The notes: a model not told the origin generated them from the sequence alone. DNA of 64,000 bases from an uncultured Planctomycetaceae bacterium (GCA_963813715.1 CAWFAK010000017.1:768001-832000), one strand, 5' to 3'. Numbered from the stretch's first letter, positions 50,601-63,410 are shown. Numbers and translations are program-made.

Positions 50601-50941
50601 CTCGGCAACCACCACTCTCTGGTTTGGCTCAGCGCGCGATCATAATCCGAGCGTGCGTCGCGCCACTTCCGCTGCTCGAAGAGCCGATCGCCCTCCCGCA
50701 ACTCTTGGGCGACTTCGCGATCGGCCTGCGCGCGCTGCTCCTCGGTCTGTTCTTCGTCGCTCCTGTCCTCGGCCGCCTCGGCTTGGGACTCGCGCGTCGG
50801 CACCGACACCGGGTAATTGAGCACGCTCACGAAAGCGCACAGCACAACGATCGCCTGTAACGCTCGCGGACGAGACATCGCCACCTCGCGTCCGAGTTCC
50901 GCCCCTTGTTCCGTTCCGCCCGAAAGCGCCAGAAAGCCCAC
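44692..50941 (-). CDS. Bacterial alpha-2-macroglobulin family protein (>=4 frameshifts)
   Basis: TDRPLYRPG (MG2), VEDYKKPEFEV, VRSNFADTAVW, PDSLTTWR, YPYGCVEQTMS thioester, QHEDGGWGWW, WGSTRDTA, YRLRAEVPG..P..AFDMY; start at 50941 or 50878. Confidence 0.92.
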
Positions 50942-51309
50942 AGGCGCATTCTAGCGGGGCGTCTCGCACCGTCACACAATCGAGTTAGGCCCACTCTTCG
51001 ACGCGCGCGGCGGCCAATCAGTTCCCGGAAAGAGCGTTCTAGCAACCCCCGCGAGCTCGACCGTCGATGTCACCCAACTTTCGCGTAAATCACTGTGCGG
51101 TAAGCAGTCGGGTTGCTCCGTCACCGCATTGTAGAGATCGTCTATGCTACACGAGCAGTCGATCAGTCTCGCAGCCATCGTCGGTGGTACGTTTCAACGA
51201 CTCGTGAATCCGGCAGATGCTAAAATCAAAGACCGGTCTGAAGGGTGCAGTGCAGGCGAATCCACAGGGAAAAAGGCTGTCACGATCTGCCCTGCCATTG
51301 AGTGATGCC

Positions 51310-51762
51310 ATGATGCAAGAGGCTGACTTTGACGCATTGAGTGAGCATCTGGATGAGGTGCGACCGATTGTCGACGGTTTTTGTAAGCGGCACAGATTTG
51401 AATACATTCGAGGGCCGGCAATTGGCCGCTATCCGCGAATTCGCATTCAAAGAGCCGGGCCCGTGACGCTTTACTTTGACTTGTGGATGCAACTCGACAA
51501 GAACGAAAAACGATTTGAGACATTTCGGCCAAACTTGCCCTACGACCTTTACGCGGGCGCGGAGATACATGAAGTCGGTGGGTCTGAATTTGGTGCCACT
51601 GTGCATGTCGGGCTGACGTGTTTTGCGGGCGTGCCATTTGAGCAAGTCCGTGGGATCTTGGAGAGTGAACTCGAGAAAACGTTGCCTCTCCTTGAGGCGT
51701 GGGATGTGCCGTATCTACGGCGCAAAGGCGAAAGGATCCGATTGCTGGGTGGGCGCGAGTGA
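51310..51762 (+). CDS. Hypothetical protein
   Basis: 150-aa protein-like ORF in a lower-GC stretch. Confidence 0.55.
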   Translation: MMQEADFDALSEHLDEVRPIVDGFCKRHRFEYIRGPAIGRYPRIRIQRAGPVTLYFDLWMQLDKNEKRFETFRPNLPYDLYAGAEIHEVGGSEFGATVHVGLTCFAGVPFEQVRGILESELEKTLPLLEAWDVPYLRRKGERIRLLGGRE

Positions 51763-51886
51763 CACCTGACGAGAGGTCGCGGTGAAAACGTGACCGATCA
51801 AATATCCGGACTGAAGTTCAGAGGTTCTTGCGCCTGCTCGTCATCGACCGGAGGATCACAGCGTCTGGCGCGTCTCTGAAACGGCG

Positions 51887-52420
51887 ATGCTTCATTTGGG
51901 CCTGCTTGGCGAAACTCGGCTGGGGCAAAGCATGGAAGTCAAATCTCTTCGATCAGTGCATCGATGGATCGCCGCAACCGCTGCGTGCCTCGTTCTAGGC
52001 TGCCACATCGACGCTTGCCGGGCACAATCTCGACCTACGTCGGCCAGCGAACGCCTCCAAGTCTTCCAATGGTTTAGCGGCCTGGGGTTTCCCGATGTCA
52101 AGAACGCCAAATTCGTACGGCGACCCGATGGTCGCGACCAGCACGGTTTTGTCCTGGGCGAGAACAAGCAGGCTTGGACCGTTGTCACGGTTGGACTCGT
52201 CTCGCGAACGGTCGAACGCCAGCAGCGACTCTGGGGCGGCCGTACCGTCGATCTGAACTGCGTCCCTGAAGATTTTGCGGCGTTTGTAAACACTGCGTCG
52301 CGCGAGCGTCTAAATGGATATGGCCCGCTCGATGACGAGTTCGAATACGGTCTTTCAAAGGCCACGAAACGCTTCGTGATTGCCTGGATCTGCTGGCGCC
52401 GGGGATTGGACGAGCAAGCT
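51887..52420 (+). pseudogene. N-terminal fragment of an exported/lipoprotein-like hypothetical protein
   Basis: Signal-like segment, WFSGLGFPDVK; runs into the antisense integrase fragment at ~52420. Confidence 0.5.
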
Positions 52421-52914
52421 GTGACGTTCTCGACAGCCCAGCGGAAGAGCCCTTTGATCTTCTGAACGTACTTGTTGATTGTCGGCCGCGTGGCGCCCGA
52501 TGCGATCATCGATTCGCGCACGGCCTTGAGCTTCAGCGGCCCAAACCCGGCCGCGAGCTCGGTGCCGGATTTGCGGATGAGTGGCCTGAGCGCCGCGCGG
52601 ATACAGGCCACTTCCGAGGTCACGGGCCTCGGTTCCTCGCCGTTCGCGATATCGGCCGGCTGATCGACGCGAGGAGCTTTAACGTAGTATTTCTTGGCGT
52701 AGGCGAGGAACCGCAAACAGAGTTCGTCGATCGTCAGCGTGGCACGGTTGACCGGCCTGCGTCGCGCCCATTCTTCGACTAGGGCGTCGTAGCGCGTCCA
52801 AGAATCTTCGGACCCGATCAGTCCGAGATAATGGTCCTTCCCGTCGATTCTCACGCGAGCTTGACCGCTCGGTTTGTGACGGAAATAAGCGGGCTTCGAG
52901 ACTGATCGCGGCAT
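52421..52914 (-). pseudogene. Tyrosine integrase N-terminal fragment (arm-binding and core-binding regions; catalytic domain lost)
   Basis: PAYFRHKPSGQARVRIDGKDHYLG, TIDEL..FLAYAKKYY, FGPLKLKAVR, TINKY..IKGLFRWAVEN, then unrelated sequence. Confidence 0.8.
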
Positions 52915-53461
52915 CGCGGCTCCCCCAATCGTGGTAGGAAACGTGGTAAAAAACCACACTTTGTGCCGCGCTGCCGGATGGCAGGTAATCGCAACTCGCG
53001 AATCAGCAATTGGTTGTGAGAGTCGAGACGACAGAACACCAATTGAACTTTTTCTTCTCGGCGCACGCTCGGCAGAGTCTCGCTTCGAGGGCGATCCTAA
53101 CCGACCGCAACCTACGAATGCATGAATGGTTGCGACGCGTCAAAGTGCCGCGCCTCGCAAGGTCTAAAGGAGCTTGGAGCCACAACCGGGAGCCACATAC
53201 AACCGTGTCGCATGAGTCCGCGTCGAATCAGGTGCTGAGGACTTCCATGGCAGCAGAGAAGCCAGCACATTACATGGCTTCGTTGTCCAGATTGGTCTCG
53301 ACGTCGTCGATGGTGGGATTCTGCAGGAGATAAACCGAATTCTTCAGCCCCGGGCCTACTTTGACCACGTCATTGCCCCCTGTCTTAGTGCGTGACCACC
53401 AGGCCCCGAGGCGATTTCCGCGGTGAAGCGTGCCTCCGCCTTCGCGGTCGCCGCTGAATTG

Positions 53462-53530
53462 AAGCACCTTGACTGCGGCAAACGTGTCCTGTTTCTGATG
53501 CAGGCCACGCAGCACGATTCCCATTCCCCC
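53462..53530 (-). pseudogene. Tiny Ser/Thr kinase subdomain I-II fragment
   Basis: GGMGIVLRGLHQKQDTFAAVKVL. Confidence 0.5.
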
Positions 53531-53639
53531 ATTGTTACAAAGTAGCGATTGGCATACGGTCCGACCTGGGTCGTAAAGCCATGGGAGGCCGCGATTTCCG
53601 AATCGTTGGTCGCTTCCTCAGCTTTATTGACGCGCTGTT

Positions 53640-54083
53640 TTCGAAAAAGAGGCTCCGGTCGATGCGCTGAACCACTTGGGCCGTCAAGCGATCAACGACT
53701 TCCAGGAGGCTGCCGTGCACCTCCAGCACGTCGGTCGATCCCGACGTTTGATGGAGACCGTCGACGTTTTGCGTCACGACCGTCGTCTTCGCCCGACGCT
53801 CCAGGGCAGCCACCGCCCGATGTCCGGGATTGGCCTCGGCACGGGCGATCGGATCCACCACGTTCAGGACAAAGTCGGCGACCGAGTGCGGGTCAGTCGT
53901 CGCTGTCTTCCAGAGCCCGCGCCACGTCGCAAATCTTTCCGGCGGAAACCGCTGCCAAAAGCCGTCGGCGTCGCGGAACGTCAGAATGCCGCTCTCGGCC
54001 GACATGCCCGCCCCGCTGAAGCCGACAACATGTTTCGCATTGCGAAGTGCTGAGACCGCAGTGCTCCAATTGTCGGCGTTCAT
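53640..54083 (-). pseudogene. Sir2/CobB-family NAD-dependent deacylase, 3'-truncated
   Basis: GAGMSAESGILTFR, NPGH, TQNVDGLH, EVHGSL; C-terminal RP.VV.FGE and GTS motifs absent. Confidence 0.8.
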
Positions 54084-54580
54084 CTATCCGTCCCAAAAAC
54101 CGAGGAGTCCGCCTCTCGCGGACACGATGCGGCCCAAGCGCGGCTCGCCGCATTACTGAGCCGCCTTCGTCCTCTCCGGCGACTGGCGCTGATTCCTTTG
54201 AAGTCGCGACCCGGCGCGGTTAGCCTTGTCGATGCCATATTTCCGTATTTCGCCGGGAGGGAGTCGAGTATGTGGGGTCCGACGGGAATGCGGTGTTGTC
54301 GATGGTGGTGACCGGACGTTCCCAACCGCGAGGTTGATGTATTGGTTTTTCGTGCTGGTCATCTTTCTCGCCGCCACTGCCGTAGCCGACGGGCCAGCGG
54401 ACAATAAGCCCGCGCCCATTGCCGGTAACGAGCGTAAGAAACCGCTTGCAGATCAGATCGGCTCGAACAGCAGTCGAGAGAATCGGCGCCGATGCGAACC
54501 TCGGAAATCACATGCGACTTGCGCTTCGTGCATGTCTGCGTTCACACTGCATCCGAACCCCTTTAGCAAGGATCACCCGA

Positions 54581-57500
54581 ATGCTTTTGAAGGTGCCGGC
54601 GCTGCTATTGGTCCTGGCCACAGCGACATGCCGATTGTGTTGGGGGGATGACGGCCTAACGGGAAGCAACAAGTCCAAGTTGCCGCAAGCGCCGCAACAG
54701 TCGACTAAGTCGGATCCAAAGACCCAGCAGATTGGGAATGTCCAGAGCGACGCGATCTCTAGAATCACAACCGACATCCAAAATTTCGGCGGCACGAAGG
54801 GTGGATTGGCCGCGGCCAAGTTGGCGTATGCGTCGGCAAAGCTGCTTTTCGGTGACGAGAGCCCCGAAGGGATTCTTGGCGATGACAGGGCTCGGATTCT
54901 CGTACGCTCAGCAACGCGACTTCCCCGCTGCCGCGCCCCTACTCGAGCGGGCCGTCGCAATCAGTCGCAAACTCTATCCACCCGGCAAGCCGATCGCGGG
55001 ACACCGCTGTTTGGCGGTCGCGTTGGAGGTCTCGGGTCTAGTCCGGAAGTTGCAGGGCAACTACGCGCAAGCCGAGCCACTGTTTCAAGAATCACTGGAA
55101 CTGCGGCAGCGGTTGCTTGGCGAAAACAATATAGAAACCGCGAGCAGCATGGACAATTTGGCCGGCGTGTACCAGTCGATGAAGGACTACGCGAGGGCGG
55201 AACCGCTGTTTCGAAAGGCGCGTAGGCATCAAACGGCACGCCTTGGGGGAGAATCACTCGCAGACCCTTCTGGCTTTGAACAACCTCGCCGGTCTGTACC
55301 GGTCGATGGGCGATTACGCAAAGGCGGACCAGTTGGTGCAAGAATCACACGCGTTGCGTGAGAAAATCCTGGCCGGAAACCACCCCGCAACGCCGGCCGA
55401 TCTGAATCGATTAGCTCTTCAGTACCGGTCATTGGGCGAGTTCGCGAAGGCTGAGGCGCTCTACAAGCAGGCGCTTGAGCTTCGCAAGAAGACTCTGGGG
55501 AAGCAGCACCTCGACACCGCTGAGAGCTTCAACAACTTGGCTGAGCTGTATCGGTTCATGGGCGAACACGCGAAGGCGGAGTCGCATTATCTGCAGGTCA
55601 TCGCGATCCGCAAGAAACTACTGGGGGAGCAGCACGCAGACACGGCAACCAGCCTCTACAACTTAGCGTTTTGGTACGGGTCGATTGGTGCCTATGCGAA
55701 GGCCGAGCCGCTCTATCGGCAGGCGCTCGAAATCCGAGAGAAGGTGCTGGGAGAGACTCACCCCGACACGATAAAAACCATCAACAACCTGGCTTTCCTT
55801 TACCAGACGAACAAGCAATACGCGAAGGCGGAGCCACTCTACCTGAGGGCGCTGGACATCGATAAGAAAGTATTGGGCCCAGGGCATCCCGACACCGCGG
55901 CAAGCCTTTCCAGTCTGGCCAGGCTGTATCTGTCCATGGGACTGGAACAACGAGTAAAGGCGGAGTCGTTCTTCCGGCAGGCGCTTGAGATCAAACAGAA
56001 CGTCCTTGGGGACAAGGGGCCAAATACGACCGCGGACCTCGAGGGGCTGGCTTCGCTGTACTTCTCAATGGGACAGTACGCTAAGGCCGAGCCGCTCTTT
56101 CGGCAATCGCTTGAGATCCACAAAACGGTGTGGGGCGAAAGCCACATGGCGACCGCCGTGGCCTACAACCACCTGCTCGCTTTGTATTTTGCGACGGGCG
56201 ACTTTGCGAAGGCTGAGCCCGTCGCTCGGCAAGCGCTTGAGGCCTCCCAGCAGCATCTGATCGATGTTTTCGTCACTCTCTCCGAGCGCGAAGAGCTGGT
56301 CCGTGAAGCGACTCTGCGGAGCAATCTCGATTTGTTCCTTTCGCTCTCGGCCACGCCCGAATACCGGGCCGTCGCCGACCCGAACTCCGTCAGCAACGCA
56401 AATGTCTACCGTTATGTTCTGCTGGGCAAGGGAATGGTCACCGCGCAGCAGTCATTCATTCACCTCAAGCTGCGACGCCCCGAATTGGCTCCCCTGTTTC
56501 GAACAGTTGGCACGAGACAGCCGCCGACTGCAAAGGCTGCGGTTCTCCCCGCCAGCGGAGCCAAAACGGCGCGAAGTCTGGCAGAGCGAGATCGATCAGC
56601 TCGAAAAGCAACGCACATCGGATCAGCAAAAACTGGCAGCTCAGACCGGCGAATTCCGCATGCTCGAAGGGGCGATGCGGGCGGATCGCGAGCAGGTGCA
56701 AAAACTCCAAGCGTCTCTCCCCGATAAATCGGCTCTCGTGGATGTGCTTGAATATGCCCACCTCAGACGCTCCCCCAGCAAATCAGGTCGGCTGATTCGT
56801 GAGCGCCGATTGGTGGCGTTTGTTGTCCGGAAGGACCGCCCGATTGAGAGAGTCGAACTTGGTCCTGTTGGGACGCTGAGCGCTGCTGCCGACCGCTGGC
56901 TGCGGGCGATCGCTCGGGGATTTGGCGGCGCCAGCGATTCGTCCTCCGAACGTCGGGGCGCCGTCGATTCGCAAAAACGCCCTCAGGAGGTCTTGCGCGA
57001 AGGACTGATCGATCCCTTGCGAGCCCACCTCGACGGAATCGAACTGGTGCTGCTCTCGCCGGACGGATTCCTCAATCAGATACCGCTAGTCGCTTTGCCT
57101 GGCCGTGCGGACGGCACGTATCTCCTGGAAGACATTAAGCTGGCGGTCGTGCCGGTTTCGCGTCTGCTATCGACGACACTGCAACCGAGCCTCGGCAGCG
57201 GTTCGTCCGACGACCAATCGCTTTTGCTTGTCGGAGATGTCGACTTCGGAGCGAACCCGGGCTTAGCGTCGGTGGCCAAAAATGACGTCGTGCAGGGGGT
57301 GCCAGTTCACCGCTCCGCCGCGCGTGGTCCCGGTGGTTGCATCTTTGTGCCTCTTCCGGGAACGGCCCAAGAGATCCAAGGGATTGCTCGGACTTTCCGG
57401 GCCAGTTTCCGTGATCGACGCCTTCGGATTCTCAAGAAGTCCGAAGCCACCGAGGACGCCTTTCGGAAGGAAGCGCCCCAACGCCGCTGGATCCACCTGG

Positions 57501-58114
57501 CGACGCACGGTTTCTTTGCGCCCAAGAGCGTTCTGTCACTGCTTGATCCGGTGCCGCTGCCTCGCCTCGATGAAGAAGTTGGTCTCCCGCGGGCGCACCA
57601 GGGCTTCGATCCGGGGCTGTTATCGGGCATCGCTTTCGCGGGCGCGAACGACGGCCTGAGTCCGGCGGTGCCTCGTGGACGAAACGCTGACACTGACGTT
57701 GACGACGGCATCTTGACCGCGCTGGAAGTCGCCGAACTGGACCTGCGCAATGTCGACCTCGCTGTGTTGAGTGCCTGTGAAACGGGTTTGGGGCGCGTGG
57801 CCGGCGGCGAAGGCGTGCTGGGATTGCAACGGGCATTTCAGACTGCCGGAGCGAGGACCTGTCTCACCAGCCTTTGGAAAGTGGACGACACGGCGACGCA
57901 GGTGCTGATGACTGAGTTCTACACGAATTTGTGGCAAAGGAGGCTCGGCAAGCTGGAGTCGTTGCGCCAAGCGCAGTTGACGATGTTGCGGCGTTACGAT
58001 CCGCGCGAGAAGGTGCTTCGTGGACTGGACCTCAGCGCTCCAGACACCAACGATTACCGGCACGGCTCGCCCCTTTTCTGGGCCGCCTTCGTGCTGTCGG
58101 GCGACTGGCGCTGA
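54581..58114 (+). CDS. Signal peptide - TPR (~10) - CHAT protease (frameshifts ~54900, ~55225, ~56500; start may be 54512)
   Basis: 42-aa TPRs; LSPDGFL, IHLATHGFF (His), LSACETGLG (Cys), WAAFVLSGDWR. Confidence 0.88.
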
Positions 58115-58652
58115 TCACAGTGCGTCAGCGTTCCCAAAGGCCCAGTTTCCCTTGTTCGTCGCCCTGGCCGATGCGGCAAGCGTTGTGGAAGCGTCAATCG
58201 ATCAACCGCAGCGCGACGGCGTGCGGTTGGAATTGGGTATTTCGTTCGCTACGTGTTTCAGGCGCAATGCGTGCACTTTCAACACCGCAAACGTGTGACA
58301 GGTAATGCCTCCGCTGAATCGCTTCATGAGCCCGTGTAGACAACGCTTATAGTGCGCACGGTTTCTAAGCCACTGAAGTCTTTCTCGTTGGCACTCCGTT
58401 CTTCCTGCGATCGTTTTGCGGCTAGTGCCCTTTGCTTGGGGGCCTCAGTCCCAATGACACCCGTGCTGGACGTTGTCGCGATTTTCTTTGAAATCGGCCG
58501 ACAGCCAGGTTACGTTGATGATGCCAGGAGGGCGATGCTGGGTCGCCCAAAGCGGACTCGCGCAGTCCCGGATCCCCAACGTTTCTTGGCTCGGCTTACA
58601 CCGAGGAGCCGGGCCTGCCTCCAATGAGGCATGCCTGAAGGAGACTGCTAGG

Positions 58653-61600
58653 ATGAAACGGCGCAATGCGCTGAACGCTTGCCGATCGGCGAGGAATGTG
58701 CTTCTCACCCTATGCGTGTCGATGGCCTTCGACAGCACCGCTTACGCTGCTGATCCGACGCTGCCGACCAAACCCACTCCATTGTCCGATGCCGAGCGGA
58801 AGCCCCTTTTGGCAGACCGGGACCGCTTCGACAAAGAGTCGGCGACGCTCGAAACGCAGGGAAACTACGCCAACGCTGTCGCCGCGGCAGAAAAGATGTT
58901 GGGGATCGAACGCCGGGTCTTTGGCGACGTAGCCGATGACGTCGCAGGATTCTTTGGAACGCATCGGCCGCTGCCGACTTGCGAGCGATGAATACGCCGC
59001 GGCTCGAAAGGTGTTCGAGGAAGAGGTGTCAATCCTTCATAAGTTGCACGGCGATCGGGATTGGCGCACCATCAACGCGCAACGCGCTCTTGAGGATGCG
59101 GAGCTCCAGGCCCGATGGACTCCAAAGCAGCGCCAGGAAGTAGCCCGAGCCGCTTCGCTGGATCAAGAATTCGGCCGGCTCTGCAACCGCGGGGACTTCC
59201 GCGGTGCGGCTCACGTCGCAGAGCAGGCCCTCGACATCCGAAAGACAGTCCTGGGTGAGCACCCCGCCACGGCTGTCAGCCTCGACAACCTGGCTGGGCT
59301 CTACGCGTCGATAGGGCAGTACGCAAAGGCGGAGCACCTCTATCGGCAGGCACTGAAGATTTTTAGGAAACGCCTGGGGGAAGAACACCCGAGCACGGCC
59401 ATCAGCCTCAGCAATCTCGGCAAGGTCCAGCAGCTGATGGGCCAGTTCGCCCAGGCGGAGTCACTCTACCGGCAGGCGCTGGCGATCTCTAAGAAAGTCT
59501 CGGGAGAACAACGCTCGGAGAATGCGACCTTTTTAAACAACTTGGCATCGCTCTACTATTCGACTGGCCAAATTGCGAAGGCGGCGCCCCTCTTCGAGCA
59601 AGCGCTCGAGATCAAGACGAAAATCCTCGGGGACCAACACCCGGACCCGGACAGGGCAATCAGCCTCAACAACCTGGGTTTGCTCTACCAAACGATGGGC
59701 CAATACGCGAAAGCGGAGATTTTCTTTGGGCAGTCCCTTGCGATCAGAAAGAAAGTCCTGGGGGAGCGGCACCCGGACATTGCCATCAGCCTTAGCACTC
59801 TCGCCGCGCTTTACGTGGCGATGGGCCACTACGTAAAGGCGGAGCCTCTTTTCCTAGAGGCCTTTGCGATCCAAAAAAATACCCTGGGGGAGCAGCACCC
59901 GGACACCGCCACGAGCCTCAGCAATCTCGCCGCGCTTTACCTGGCAATGGGCCAATACGCGAAGGCGGAGCCCCTCGGTCTGCAAGCTGTCACGGTCCAA
60001 AAGAGAGTCTTCGGTGAGCAGCACCCACGCGCAGCTCAGAGCCTCGAGAACCTGGCTGGGCTCTACCAGGCGATGGGCAAGTACACGCAGGCGGAGAAAC
60101 TCTATCGAGAGGCGCGCGAGATCAAGAAGAAAGCTCTGGAGAGCCAACCCCCGGACACGGCCGACGGCCTCAATAACCTGGCCGAACTGTACCGCTCGTT
60201 GGGCAAGTATGCAAACGCCGAGCCCCTCTATCGGCAGGCACTCGAGATCAACAAGAAGGCTCTGGGTGAGCAACACCCGCTCACAGCTCTTATTCTCATG
60301 AACCTGGCTCACCTGTACAGAGATCTTGGCGAATACGCGAAGGCCGAACCCCTGTGTCGACAGGCGCTGGATATTAGAAAGAAAGTGCTGGGGGAAGAGC
60401 ACCCCGAGACGGCCACGAGCCTTAACGATCTGGCTGAGCTCTACCAGTCGATGGGCCGATACACGAAGGCTGAGCCCCTCCTACGGCAGGCGCTGGAGAT
60501 CAACGAGAAGGTCCTGGCGGCGCGGCACCCAAAGACAGCCGGAAGTCTGAACAATCTGGCTGGTTTCTACTGGTCGACCGGGCAATACGCGAAGGCCGAG
60601 CCTCTCCTGCGGCAGGCGCTGGAGATCACCAAGACGGCCCTGGGGGATCAGCACCCCGAGACGGCCAGAAGCCTGACCAACCTGGCCGGGCTGTACTGGA
60701 AGATGTGCGAGTACACGAAGGGGGAGCAACTCTACCTCCAGGGGCTGGCGATCAGAAAGAACGCCCTGGGGGAGCAGCATCCAGACACGGCCAACAGTCT
60801 TACCAACCTGGCTGAACTGTACTTTTCGATGGGTGAGTTCGCCAAGGCAGAGCCCCTCGGCCGGCAGGCGCTGGCAATCCGGAAGAAGGTTCTGGGGGAT
60901 CAGCATCCGGACACGGCCGTCAGCCTCGGCAACCTCGCTAAGCTCTACTGGGGGATGGGCGAGTACGCGAAGGCGGAGCCCTTCGGCCGGCAGGCGCTGG
61001 AGATCCGCCAGAAAATTTTGGGGAAGCGGCACCCAGACACTGCTGCGAGCCTCAACGACCTCGGTTCGCTGTATCTGAGGATGGGTGAGTACGCAAAGGC
61101 GGAACCCCTCTTCCAGCAGACGCTCGACGTCCAAAGGGAAACAATTGGGGAACTACACCCGGATACGGCCCAGAGCCGCGGCAACCTAGCGTTGCTGTAT
61201 CGGTTGATGGGCCAGTACACGAAGGCGGAGCCTCTCCAACGGCAGGTGCTGGCGAGCTCTCAACGCCTGCTGGTCGAGAGCTTCGCGATCCTCTCCGAGC
61301 GCGAGCAGTTGGCGCTCGCAGCGGGTTCGCGATACCAACTCGACAATTATCTCTCCATGACAGGTACTCCCGACGACCGGGCGGCCACCGGGGCCGGCCA
61401 TGTCAGCGATGCCGACGTCTACCGATATGTCCTGCTGCGCAAGGGCATCGTCACCGCCCAACAGGAGTTCATTCACGCCGTGCTCCGTGCCAAAAAGTCG
61501 CCGGAGCTCGACGCCCTGTTTCAAAAGCTCCAAGAGGACAGCCGGCACCTTCAGAACCTGCGTTTCTCGCCTCCGAAGCAATCCGCGACTCTCGAGGCCT

Positions 61601-63131
61601 GGCGCCGCGACATTGCCAGACTGGAGGAGGAGCGAAACGCGACCCAACAGAAACTGGCCGCTCAGAGCGGCGAATTTCGCGCACTTGAGGAATCACTGCA
61701 GGCGGACGTCGAGCGAGTCAAGAAACTCCAAAGGCTACTCCCGGCTAAAGCGGCCCTCGTCGACTTCCTGGAATACGCGCATTCCAATCCGCCGCCCGAA
61801 AAAAAGGGGCCGCTCAAGGTTGAGGAGCGGCTCACGGCCTTCGTCGTCCGCAGCGACAGCGTGAAACGAGTCGATCTGGGGCCGGTCGCACCCCTCGCGA
61901 TTGCATCGGATCAATGGCGGCGAGCGATTGTCCGGGGTTCTGGCGGGGTGAACGAGCTGGCCTCCGAGTCCTCCGCCGCCCGCGATTCGGAAGGCCCTCC
62001 CCAACAATTCCTGCGGGAGCGTCTGGTCGATCCCCTTCTGCCGCACCTTCATGGAATCGAATTGCTGCTGATTTCTCCCGACGGGTTTCTGAACCAGCTG
62101 CCCCTCGCGGCCCTGCCTGCGCAAACCAAGGGGCAGTATCTGATTGAAGAGGTGCGAGTTGCGGTCATCCCGGTTCCGCCGACCTGCCAGCACTCTTGAA
62201 CTCCAAACCGGAGGACCTCCCGGGAGAGCCTTCGCTGCTGCTGGTCGGGGGCGTCGATTTCGGAGGCGATCCGGGCGGGGTTGCGATGGCAAGAAGCGAC
62301 TCTTCGTCTGCTGGGCCGCGCCATCAAGCTGTTGTGCGCGGTCCAGACGGTCGCGTCTTTGGTCCGCTGCCCGGCACGGCCCAGGAAATTGATGAGATCG
62401 GCAAAAGCTTTCAAGCGCGCTTTGGCGCAGGCAAGATCGAAATCCTCGACAAGAACCGCGCGACGGTGGAAGCATTCCGGTCCGTCGCTCCGCGGCACCG
62501 GTGGCTTCATCTTGCAACACACGGATTCTTCGCGCCAGAAGCCCTTCGCTCTGTTCCTGACCGCCAAGCCGAAGACCACAATCCGAACGATCAGTTGGGC
62601 CGTCAAATGCCAACCACTGGGTCCGATCCTGCACCGCTCTCCGGCATTGTCTTCGCGGGAGTAAACCGCCCATGGGCGCCATCCGAAAAATCCCCGACTG
62701 CTTTCAATGACGAGCATGAGGACGGGATTTTGACGGCTTTAGAGATTTCCGAACTCGATTTGCGCAACGTCGATCTGGCCGTTTTATCGGCGTGCGAGAC
62801 CGGACTAGGCCGCGTCGCAGGCGGGGAAGGCGTGCTGGGTTTGCAGCGGGCATTTCAGACGGCCGGAGCGCGGACTTGCATCACAAGTTTGTGGAAAATC
62901 GACGATGCGGCCACGCAGGCGGTGATGACGGAGTTCTACACCAACCTCTGGCAAAAGAAGCTTGGCAAGTTGGAGGCACTCCGCCAGGCGCAACTTGCCA
63001 TGCTGAAGCGATACGACGCAAAGGAGCGGAAATTCCGGGGTCTCGACCTTCCGGAATCCAGCGTGCCGGCCACGCACCGCGACTCGCCGTTTTATTGGTC
63101 GGCATTCGTCCTCTCCGGCGACTGGCAGTAG
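58653..63131 (+). CDS. Signal peptide - TPR (16 regular units) - CHAT protease (frameshifts ~58950, ~62180)
   Basis: AAGGAG RBS; AYA-AD cleavage-like site; HPDTAxSLxNLA repeats; LHLATHGFF, LSACETG, WSAFVLSGDWQ. Confidence 0.9.
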
Positions 63132-63323
63132 ATCAACGCGTTGTGCGCCGAGTGGAGGATCCAATCGGGCCGGCCCGTAAGGAATCCGGTCGGCTTTTCG
63201 GGAGGGTCAATCGACAGGTGGGCTCAAGGCCAAACGCGATTTGCATCGGCCTTAAGCTTGTGCTGCCTGTCACGACCAGTTGATCCTCGAGATCCCACGC
63301 GCTACCGTCCCGCTCCAGATATC

Positions 63324-63410
63324 ATGTTTCGGAAATAGGCGCCGCACTACCGCTGGCTGCACCTGGCGACACACGGATTCTTTGCTCCCGCGGGGGTCGC
63401 GTCGGCTCTG
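63324..63410 (+). pseudogene. Short CHAT-domain fragment with in-frame stop
   Basis: MFRK*APHYRWLHLATHGFFAP. Confidence 0.7.

Noticed and set aside
51892..52959. Full-length 355-aa integrase
   Set aside because: Similarity ends at WAVEN (~52425); the rest is antisense of another gene and lacks the R-H-R-Y catalytic motifs
38745..54083. Sir2 plus ADP-ribosylglycohydrolase as one ADP-ribosylation or defence system
   Set aside because: 14 kb apart; the Sir2 is CobB-like and truncated
59250..61250. High-identity DNA repeat array in the CHAT TPRs
   Set aside because: 126-bp periodicity exists but units are clearly diverged at synonymous sites, unlike 3916-4815; ordinary TPR repeats
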